From NCBI RefSeq assembly GCF_964194025.1, contig NC_134477.1:30814001-30878000 (forward strand): a stretch of DNA of 64,000 nucleotides, written 5' to 3'. The notes under the pieces are model-generated. The model saw nothing but the letters and a program-made list of their open reading frames with translations, was not told the origin of the DNA and made no database searches. This document shows positions 27,101-36,766 of the stretch, piece by piece. Both the position numbers and the translations under genes were made by a program. The stretch's first letter is position 1. The number at the start of each line of letters is the position of its first letter. Source of the DNA: Convolutriloba macropyga. Taxonomy: Eukaryota.

Positions 27101-29689
27101 CCCAACATTGTATGTGTCGAATCAATTACTCTGGATGGATATGTAAGCAAAGAATTATTTGTTTCTTCTTTTTAATAGCCGCACAGCGATAGCTGGGGCT
27201 ATTATTGGCCTTCTCTTGGTTTTTTTTACAATCCAAGAATTGGATTGTATTGGTGCTCTGTCTTTTTTTTAATTTTTGTAAGATGTTTTCACGCCTGTTT
27301 TCATGACTTTGAGCTTTCAAAACGGGATAAACAGTTAGGGCTCAGCGGGCATCAAGTTTCATTAGAGCCCCGCGTTTAGTAGTCACTCAAGTACTCAGCG
27401 TGGTGAAGCTACTGGGAAGGCCGTAATTCAAGGTTGAAAGGTCATTTTTGGGAGTTTTTGAGCCTAAAATAATGAAAATTTTAGCACTTTTTTGTCATTT
27501 TTTGGATTTTTTGGAAGTTTTTTGTTAGTTTTGGGTTTATTAAAGTTGATAGAGGTCCTTTGCAAGACGTAGTTGCTTTTTACGACCACTTTAAGCGCTA
27601 TATCTATTGCTACTCCAAACATAAACACGGTAATTTATACTAATTTTTTCAATTTGTTTGAAAATGTTTGTCTTTTTTTGAGTTGTTTCAGACTTTGATG
27701 TCAAAAAAGCTCCTCTTGGGTTTAATAATAGGTTATTGCATAGTTTCTAGTGGTAATGAAGTGGTTTTAAACATTTTAACTTCATGAATTTTACCAATAT
27801 TTTTAAATCAATTTTGGTTTTTTTTTCAGATTTTGTGAAATTTATTTTCATTATTCAAGTTTTCCAGCCCCAGGGGCAAGAAGCCTCATCTAGGGTTTGC
27901 TAACAGTTAACTGAAAAAATTTTTGGCCAGGTAATGGTATTCAACATTTCAATATCTTTTACCAATTTTTTAAGAAAGTTGCAATTTTTTCTTTAAATTT
28001 TTGTTTGAAATTTTCATTCAGTGGCCAGGGAACTTGCTATAGGGTTTGCTAGTATGTTACTACATAGTTTCTAGGGGCAATAAAATATTTTCCAATTTTT
28101 CAATTTTGCAATTGTAGTGCATTTTTTAAATAAAGCTTGCAATTTAAAATTTTTGATTGTTTTCAAATTTTTCGAATTTTGTTTGTCATTCTCTGAGTTT
28201 AACTATCTTTCCTGGCCAACGAAATGTTTTAAATGTTGTAGACGGTATAAAAAACAGAACTCCAGAATAAAAAAAGATGTTTGTCCTTTTTAATAGCCCT
28301 ATTTTTGGAAATTTTCTTTAAATTTTCTCTCAGTTTCTTGATGCATTTGTCATATTTGTTCAGTTTATCTACTTTTAGTGGCAGATTCATCTCTTTCAAA
28401 GTTTTTGCGTGAGTTATTGAGTATTTTAAAATGAGTCATTTATGGCCTTCATGTTAAAAGCTTCAAGGGTTTTAGCAATGATCGTTTTTTTGGTTAGTTT
28501 GTTTGATTCTTTTAGTTTCTCAACTTTTGAGATTTTGTCTTGTTGGCTGGGATTGTTCAATTGATCTGCTGGTCAGGTTCATTAGGTCTGTCTTTCATTC
28601 AATTACTTGGATTGTATTTCAGGACTTGTCCTGCTGTGTTTTTTATTTCGTCGTCATGATTTTTGTTACGACCATATGACGTCACAGCCACTTTTTGTTC
28701 ATTCGTTCATGCAATTTCAACTGAATTGCATGCGTGACGTCATTTTTCGCTCTTAGTGAAGCGAGTTTTTTTGTTCATTCGCGTGATTAAGTTTTTGGTC
28801 ACGCTAGACTTACCTCACTCTCATAAATGACTTCCTCACTTTGAAATTGACTTTTATTTACTTTAATTCAAAGAGATAATGTCAAATGGGTGTGTGTCAC
28901 TCTAAATGAAGGTTATTTGAGATCAGCTAATAGAGGTAGCAATAACTTATACAGATTTTTAATCAAAATATACCAGATCAGCCTTCAATGAAAAGACAAA
29001 TTATTTTGGTCTGTCTTTTTTACTGTTTTTTTTAGACTGCCGATCTACGAATCTATTGCGGCTATTTTCTGGCAATCTGCCAGCTATGTTTTTATTGGTT
29101 GTTGATAAGATGCTTGACATATTGTGACAATCTTGCACAATAGTAACTGTGATCTTAGAATAGAAAAAGTAAATAAAAAATGCAAACATTTTTCATATAG
29201 ACCCTATCAATAACTACATGGAAATTTGGCAAAACCGCTTTCTGTGATCCAAGCGGCAAACCGCTTTCTGTGCTCCAAAATCGTTCTAATTATGTTCTTG
29301 TTAAAATAAGTGAATGGCTCTGGCCGTGTTAATTCCTCCCTATTCTGAAACCAACAAACTATTAATTCCATGTTTATAAGAATACAAACCAAAAAAGAAA
29401 TGGACATTTTGTTTATTAGGAAAGTCATATTTGCGATATGGACGACGGGAGTCCACTTTACACAGTCGAAAACTGTCAAGGTGACTTGCCTGCTCGATGT
29501 TTATATGGAGTAGCCAGTTATTACAAAAATGAAAGCAGTGAGGTTTCAAATCAGGAGACACCGGTCAGATGTGAAGGAGGCAGTTTCTTCGCCAGTGTTG
29601 TCCACTATAAAGACTGGATTCATGAAAAAATCAGTTTGAACATGAGGTTGTTGACAGCTGAACGAGAAATGATGAAACCTGAACCATGA
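15142..29689 (+). CDS. Secreted trypsin-fold (peptidase S1) serine-protease homologue, spliced. Exons 15142-15397, 19735-19837, 21939-(end uncertain) and/or 22489-22674, 27016-27142, 29420-29689
   Basis: Hydrophobic N-terminus, LINGR activation-like site, FCGATII...WAITAAHC; FYLQFGNF...KKFIHPE; VNDIALLR; LPIC...GYGS; CDMDDGSPL...LYGVASY...YKDWI. GT-AG junctions have matching phases (1, 2, 2, 0) along the exon 1-2-3b-4-5 path. Confidence 0.8.
17159..19302 (+). mobile_element. Helentron/HINE-like non-autonomous element in intron 1
   Basis: 5' TGTTCCGACCC and sub-terminal inverted GGGTCGGAAC (~19257) followed by a GC hairpin. T-rich flanks. A similar 3' end lies at ~14293-14340. Confidence 0.55.
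19880..21838. repeat. (CA)n-rich compound satellite with assembly gaps (N)
   Basis: CA/CG-rich units; 20148-20248 is repeated at 20814-20914, and 20379-20467 at ~21009-21099. Confidence 0.9.
22825..23647. mobile_element. MITE (CCC..GGG ends) with CAAGTCTTG/CAAGACTTG subterminal repeats, intronic
   Basis: Imperfect TIRs (CCCGA...AATTTCAAGTCTTGGTCAGTAC vs GTACTGATCCAACACTTGAAATTT...GTTCGGG) and dense near-palindromic 9-mers. Confidence 0.6.
24280..26540 (-). mobile_element. Inverted relative of the 17159 element (left boundary approximate)
   Basis: The reverse complement of 26450-26540 (TTGTTC...GGGAGGAA.TAT...CTGGGTTTTTTGTT...GGTATCATTAGAAAG) matches 17158-17280. A/T skew is mirrored. Confidence 0.5.
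27174..29092 (+). mobile_element. Helentron/HINE-like element, copy A (intron of S1 gene)
   Basis: 5' AATAGCCGCA, sub-terminal inverted TGCGGCTATT (29057-29066), 3' hairpin CTGGCA-ATC-TGCCAG, inserted in T-runs. Homologous to 41924-43766. Confidence 0.7.
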
Positions 29690-30308
29690 AAAGACTCGAA
29701 ACTTGATATACTCATGCGATAAAATTGCGTTCGATATATTGTTATGTTGACTTATAAATACTACGTTTCAGTATAGGATTTTTGTGTCGGCTGGTCGACA
29801 AAAGCGCAGCAAAATTTGTCTCTATCCGGTTTGATTTCTTAATTGTTAGTATAAACTTTTTATTCCTTCAATCCCCAGTTATTGCTGTGCGCGAATTTGT
29901 TTGTCACCCAATGAGCGGGGACAAGGCTCATTTCTTCCGTTCAACCCGATTGTGTGGGTTGATGATGACGAAATTTTGAGGACCCGATTGTGAGGGTTTC
30001 TGGGAACAAATAAAAGGCAAATACTCAATTCCGTGGGCACCGTTGTGATTTGTGGGCACAAGGTTGATCGCAAGAAAATTTTCTGAGAAATGACTTAGAA
30101 ATGGTTTCAACCATGATTTCCCCAGCCAAGCATACCTTAAATTTATGAAATCGGAAATTAAAATTCTTTAGAGACAATGCTATAGGCTCAGTTTAGTTGC
30201 TCTGGAACAGCCATTAATATAATCGTCCCACTGAATCGAAACTTGGTACATCTTGATAAAAAACATACTAAATCTTGGTAAATCTTGCCAAGATCTTGCC
30301 ATGGTACT

Positions 30309-30687
30309 TGTTACCGCGTAAATGAGCAACGCTATTTAAATTAAAGCGAGAATTTAAAGCGAGAAAGGATTACGTAATTTCTTAACCATTTAACATCTAA
30401 TATGCATAGAAAGCTCAGAAAAAGTTCGTGTAACATAATTTTTGTTAAGACTACTAATATACTAAATCGATTGCGCTCTTTTTAGGCTTAATATTTTTAT
30501 GTTTTCAAAATGTATCGGTGACCAATCTGAGTCGAAAATCTGCTCAGACAAAATACCTGCTAAAAAAGATCAAGCTAGATTTGCCGGGCCATTGAGATGG
30601 GCCTTTGCCTTAATGCGTTGTTGAATACAGTCGACTTTATCGTTTTGCTTCCTGAATTTACACATCGAAAGACTGTTATCAGCTTTA
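30309..30687 (+). repeat. 5' LTR of element 2
   Basis: Direct repeat of 40391-40769; TG...TA ends. Confidence 0.93.
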
Positions 30688-30787
30688 TTTTTGATGCCGC
30701 GACCGGCTTTAGCTTTTCTTTAGAAATAATTCTTTAGAGCCGAATTGTTATGATAAACGTATTAAATAGCAACCGCGACTGTACTGT

Positions 30788-31191
30788 ATGAGCAGAAGAT
30801 CACTCGCAACCGTGATAACCCAAACAGCAAGTCTTATATCTCAGACGGGGGCTACCATAACACGCTTCAACAGTTGGCATGTGCCTGCTTACTGTTATTA
30901 CAACTCAGAGGGACAAAAAACCGGGCAAGTCAGGACGCGATACAAGAAGCAGAACAGGCGGCCTGTGGCACCAATCAGTTCCAATTTTCATTTGATCTCT
31001 ACTTGGATGACACCTACCAGGAACAGTATACAGCCGAGGCACACCATTTGATTTTGAGTGAGCCTATCTACTTAATGGTGAAGGGTGACTTCAATCTGGC
31101 CAACTGGGTTGTGGTTGTCATTAGATGTTGGGCCACGTGGACATCTAACCCAGATGATGACTCATACGTCACTATTCAGTCAGAAATCTGA
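30788..31191 (+). pseudogene. Captured zona pellucida (ZP) domain fragment (end of ZP-N, linker, start of ZP-C), one frameshift
   Basis: ITRFNSWHVPAYCYY, then after a frameshift at ~30915-30930 GTNQFQFSFDLYLDDTYQEQY...LSEPIYLMV...VVVIRCWATWTSNPDD. This matches the ZP-C consensus F.(M/L).LY.D..Y / CWATPS.NP.D. Confidence 0.75.
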
Positions 31192-31779
31192 TGCGCACTG
31201 GTGTCAACCGAGCGGTCAATCTTTACAAAAATAGAAGAAGAGAAGTTTCAAAAAAACTGTAAGACTCGACCAAAACTTGGTTTTGATGCAATAAATTGAT
31301 TTTTTTCCGGCAAATCTAGTGCCCCCCATCGCCCCAGAAGGCTGATTTTTGAATAACGGTCACCGATAACCCACCCCATACACTTTTTTTTATTGAAAAA
31401 CATCGAATTTGAGAATTTTTGGTCAAAATTTTGGACTTGACCAAATCGGGCTAAATAATAGTTATTGGAGCGGGTAAAGTCTTATACGAAATAGAAATCA
31501 CGCGAAGCAAGAAAAATGTTTGAAAAAATTGACCAGATTTGAAAAAATTTGGGAAAAAATCTATCCGATCATCCTAGCATACTTATATAGTAGTTAGATA
31601 GATTAAAACGTTGTAAAAACAAATTTGGTCAAATTTTTTAAACTTCACAAAAAAGATCAGGTGACTGATTTTTTTTCACAATAAGCGCTTATTCTTGGTA
31701 ACTGGCGAAAATTGTACATTTAACATCAAGGTTCTGAGTTTGAGCAAAGCTCACATCAGTTATGTTGTAAAAACATTAT

Positions 31780-32419
31780 ATGGTTTTTGTATTAGCTGCT
31801 AGCTCACTGCATCACGCCATAAAAACTTTGCCTCAAGCGTTATATGACCATTTTAAAAAAAGGAATTTACGCATTACCGGGTCTGAGTTTCAACCCTAAC
31901 GCTTCGAAAGTCCAAAGAACAGCGCAGTTCCAGTTGGGTGATTTCTTTCATGATAAGAAGCGCCTAGTTATATGGCATGATGTAGTGAACAATTCGCTTT
32001 CACGTCATCGCAGTAACAACAACAAGCATTTAACACCTTCGCAGCTTATTTCAGTGCTTGAAAACTATCAGGAGCGCATAGAAGCTATAGTGTATTGCCC
32101 CAGAGAGGGAACTCCTGATATCTACGATCAGCTCAAGCGTAGTACTCTAGTTACCATCCATTTAGTGAAAAACATTGTGTCTAGACGTAAACAGAAAGAT
32201 CCTAGTTTACTTGAAGAGCACAGAGCATTACACCAAAGGCCTGCGCTTGAGCTGAAAACACTCACTATAGTCTTAGCTCATAAAAACAACCATCTGTCCT
32301 TGATAACACGCTCCCGACCGGAGAAACTTTCAAAGCGCCGTCGTAAAACGCTTCGCACCCGTCATGCGTTCGAGGAGGCGGAACTCACACAAGCCTTTGA
32401 TAACCTGAATGTCACTTAG
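31780..32419 (+). pseudogene. Accessory ORF (~212 aa), SGNH/GDSL hydrolase-like, single +1 frameshift in an A7 run
   Basis: ATG at 31780 gives MVFVLAASSLHHAIKTLPQALYDHFKK, joining the 31844 ORF at 31855-31861. Block-like motifs: VLAASSL (I), ALPGLS (II), LVIWHDVVNNS (III), ALHQ (V). Basic C-terminus KLSKRRRK. Confidence 0.55.
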
Positions 32420-33616
32420 TTTTGCGCTGTTGTAGGATTCTACCCGCTGACTGGCGATGTGACTTAGTTAACTCACGAGTTACGGGTTAGTTTGTGGTCA
32501 GTTCTTTCCAATAGCGCTTTACTAAACGTTTCGCTCTCCCCATTCTTCGAGTTTTTCACTACCGTCCGTTTTCCGCAGGTTATCTGGTTTCATTTTCCGC
32601 TTCCGTCCTTTTGTTTCCGTGTCACTTTGTTTCCTTCTATCCCCCGTTTATCTGTTGTATGATGTCGTATGTTGAATTTTTTGTTGTAGTAATTTTTTTC
32701 TGCTAGTATGCTGGTTGGTTGTTTAGTCTCGTTCCTTGCTAGGGTGTGATTTAAGTTCATTCTGGAGTTACGGCTGGTTTGTTTTGTGACTTTCACCACA
32801 CTTGTTTGCTAGCAATTTGTTGTAGCTTTATTAATTTTGGTAGTATGCACTTTTGTTGTCTGGGCATGGTGGTTTGCTAGGGTGTGACTTAAGTTTGTTC
32901 TGGAGTTACGGCTAATAAATTTCCTGACCTTTTCGACTTTCGGTTATACTACATTGTTCCTGTAAATTCTTTCATATTTGACGTTTTGATGCAGTTGATA
33001 AAGCCCCATAATGTTTTGTGCTAGTTTACCTGGCAGTAGCTTCTCTCCTTCTTTCCAGGGTGTGACTTAAGTTTATTCTGGAGTTACGGCTAGCTTGTTT
33101 GGTTGAGTTTGTTGCTGTGGTCTGCTTGCATTGATCTTCCCGGCTCCTTGCTTGTGGTTCGCCGTCTCCCTCCCGTGCTATCCCGGCTTCCCGTCCTGTC
33201 CCTCGCTATCCTCTCAACTTTCACTTCTCCTCCGTACCGTTTTCCCGTTTCGTCGCGCGCTATCCGCCCGACGTTTCCGCCCCGCCCGTGCCATTTTCCC
33301 GCTTCGTCGCGCGCTTTTCGCCCAACGTTCCCGTTTGTCCGTCTGGTTTCCCGTTGCGTCGTGCGTTACTCGTTCGGCGTCTCTTCCTTTCCGTCCCGTC
33401 TCCCTTCTGTCCGTTTCGCGCTTCCTGGGCACCGTTCTTTCTTTCTTTCGCCGGGTACGATTGTACTCGACGAACATCTTTGCTCTTTGGCGGTTCGCTA
33501 GGCAAACCGTCACACTAGGGTTCGGTATAACTCATTTGTGTTGTGCTGTTGCACGTGTATGTACTTTATATTAGTACCAAAGAAAACTTGTGGTTCCTGT
33601 TTTCATAAGATCGTGG

Positions 33617-36600
33617 TAACATTGCAGGAAAAATTTAACAAACTCTATAGTGCGAGGGCAAAATTAGAGGCTGAACTTAATAACATCTATGGTGAAATTA
33701 AGAATGCTGTTGACAAGCAAGACAGGAAAGTTAAGACTTAACGTCTGATTGTTAAGTGCGAGGATGCTTTTACTAGAGTAGTTGATAAGGAAGAAGAGCT
33801 CTTTGATCTGGCACAAAACAGTGAAGATCCAGATGCTGCCTGTGAGAACCTTGAAAAATGGTTAGAGACTGTAACAAAGAAAACTGATGAGTTCATTGCT
33901 GCTGCTCGAGGGTATATCAATACGGTCCATGACAAAGAGACAACAGAGCTGTATACCTCTCACCATTCAAGATCAAGTTCACATATGACTTCCTCAAAAA
34001 GACCAAGTCAGCGTCAACGAGACTTAGAAAAATCAAGACTCAAAAAGGAGGAACTCGAGAAACAAAATGAGGCAAAGCTTCGCATTGCTAGACAGCGTCT
34101 TGAAATTGAAAAACAAACAAAATTGCGGGAATTGGAACTTGAGCAGCTTGAGGAGGATCATCGCAAGGAAGTAGCTGCTGCAGCCCTTGAGGAAATTGAG
34201 TTGATGACAAAATCAAGCAGACGGGTCTGGTACAGACAAAATGAGTGGGCTCTTTACGGAAAGAAGTTCAGTCAAGAGCAACTTGTTCAAGATTGGGTTA
34301 ATTCGTCACCGGCCGGGAACATGGCAGATGTTGCAAACGAACCGAGTTTGCACTTTTCTGGTTCCATCGCCCAATCCAACCAAGCAATTGTCCAACGACC
34401 TTCCTCAACTCAACTTGCAAACTCACACTCCAATTTCAATACACATGGTCAAGTTGAGGCCAACATCAACCTCCCTGTCCATGAGCCGCAAGAACCAAGT
34501 AGTAGAAAAAATGTAGCCAATGAAGCACATAATGCAAACAACATCATGCAAGAGCAGCAACAACCTCAATATACGCCTCCATCATCAATAAACTTTGGTA
34601 TGCCAACTCAACTAAACACCCCAAACACAGCCCGACAACTGTCTCAAGCAACAATGCACTTCGATGGTTTACAGATAGATCATCAATTCCCGCGCAGGTC
34701 GAGCATGCCGGGACAGTTGAATTTAGTGAGCCCTCCGCATTCACCACCTTTAAATACACTCGTTAATGCTCCGCTAGTACTTAATACGCAACAAGCACAC
34801 ATAAATGTACCAGCCCCCCATCCCCCGTTCTAAACCCCGCACCACCGCATTTCCCGTTAATCCCACCAGCATTCCGCTTTCCTCCTTCGCCGCCACAAGC
34901 ACTCCCACTACACGCCACTAACACCGTAGCGAATAATGTCAATATGTTACCCCATTCTCCGCCTGCACCATTCATTTCCTCCGCAAACGTGTTTGTATCT
35001 CAATTAATTCATCCACCACCCCCACAACAGAGTTTTCAGCCCCAAAATTTTGTCCCTATAATCCACGCACCTCCTGCTCCTCCGGATCCAAATGTCTGGC
35101 GTTTTCCGGCAGCAGTCCCATCTATTGAAGTACCACCTGTACGAACATCTGCAAACTTATACACCGCACAACCGGCCCCGTTAACCAACCCTCATATCAC
35201 TACATCCCTCCGCTCCTCTCATGTACCAGCAGCAGCAGGCGCTCAAAATTACGTAACTTCAGACTTCATGCAAGCGAATCCATTTAGTTCTTCCACAGGT
35301 ATCGCCCACACCTTTGTCACTCCGATCATTCCGCCAACGTATGGAGCTACCGTTCCGAACCCGTTGTGTTGGGGTGGCCCGCCGCATCCCACACCTTCGG
35401 CTCCTTCTTTGGACTCTGCGGATTTGATAAAGCAGTTGGCGGAGGCAATTACTTATAAGAAGAACAATTCACTGCCCGAGTGAAAGTTGTCACAGTACAA
35501 TGGTGATCCAATGCAGTGGCACGAATGGTTCGGACAATTTAAAAACGCCATAGACGCACAGTCCTTGACTGATGATGTCAAGTTAACATACTTAAAAACT
35601 CTTGTAATTGGAAAAGCTAAAACCGCAATCGCTGAGTTCGTATACTGTGGTTTAATGTATAAGGACGCACTTAGTACACTCGAACGTAAATTTGGCCAAC
35701 CACAGGCAGTAGTCAGTGCACACTTAAACAACCTCAGCTCTTTTCCTCCACTTGAGATGCACAAAAGTGAAAACATCATAAACTATTCTGCAACAATTTC
35801 AAGTCTTGTTGGGGTCTTTAAATCACTTTCATATGACTCAGACCTTAAGAGCGCCTCACTTCTCAACACGGCTGTGCAAAAATTGCCGCCCAATCTGAAA
35901 GAGTCTTGGTCACTCTTCACAGTGAAGAAACATTGGTTTAAGCCAACACTCCTTGACTTCAACGATTGGTTGAAGGAGAAGGCCGAGGCACATGAATCAA
36001 ATTTAATGAATCAACCTACATCGAAGGCAAGAACTGAGGATAACAACAACTCAGTTAGAAAGACCAAAGTAGCCTCAAAAACATTCGCTGCTAACACGCA
36101 AACCAAGGGCACTCAAAGACCAGCCTCAACATCGGCAACGCCTCCAACACCCCACTGCATTGTGTGTAAGGGTAACCACCGCATCTGGGAGTGTAGGGTA
36201 TTTAAAGAAAAGTCTCCCACTCAGCGAGCAAAGGTAGTGGCGGAAGCAAAACTGTGTTTATAATGTTTGAGAGCAAAGCATATGTTTAGGCAATGCCCAA
36301 ATCCCAGGAGATGCAGGAAAGACGGATGTAACAGCTCCCATAATACACTTCTCCATGGAGCTGAGAGGGTTTATCCATCAAAATCCCCTTCAAATAACAA
36401 CATCAGTAATTCTAATGCTGGCGCAAATCAAAGTAAACTTCCTAGTGTCCAATCATCGAGTAATACCACTACTTTGTCATCTGTGAGTATTGTGAAAGGC
36501 CTCCTTCAGGTGACTGAATTACAGTTGAAGAGCTCCTCCGGTAAAGATACCACGGCTTTAGTTTTGCGTGATACCGCTTGCAGAAATCTTGGGTGTCCAA

Positions 36601-36760
36601 TGATCTTGCAAATAGACTTGGTTTGCACGGTACAGCAAAGAAACTAACAGTCAAGGGTATAAATACCGAGAAGGTTGTAGACACTAAGTGAGTTGAACTG
36701 ATTGTAACACCACGCAACAACCAAGCATTTGAACCATTTAAAGCAAGCCCTTACGTAAAG
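33617..36760 (+). pseudogene. BEL/Pao gag (coiled coil, Pro-rich linker, DUF1759-like domain, CCHC knuckles) and decayed protease
   Basis: YNGDPMQWHEWFGQF, KLTYLKTL, CIVCKGNHRIWEC, CRKDGCNSSHNTLLH, ALVLRDTAC. In-frame stops present; start approximate. Confidence 0.88.
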
Positions 36761-36766
36761 GAAGAT

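Noticed and set aside
32738-33091. CRISPR-like array
   Set aside because: Eukaryotic retroelement context, only 3-4 units, spacers long, unequal and partly self-similar, no cas genes.
33103-33574. Overlapping Arg/Pro/Ser-rich ORFs on both strands
   Set aside because: Open only because A-depleted low-complexity sequence lacks stop codons; no recognisable motifs.
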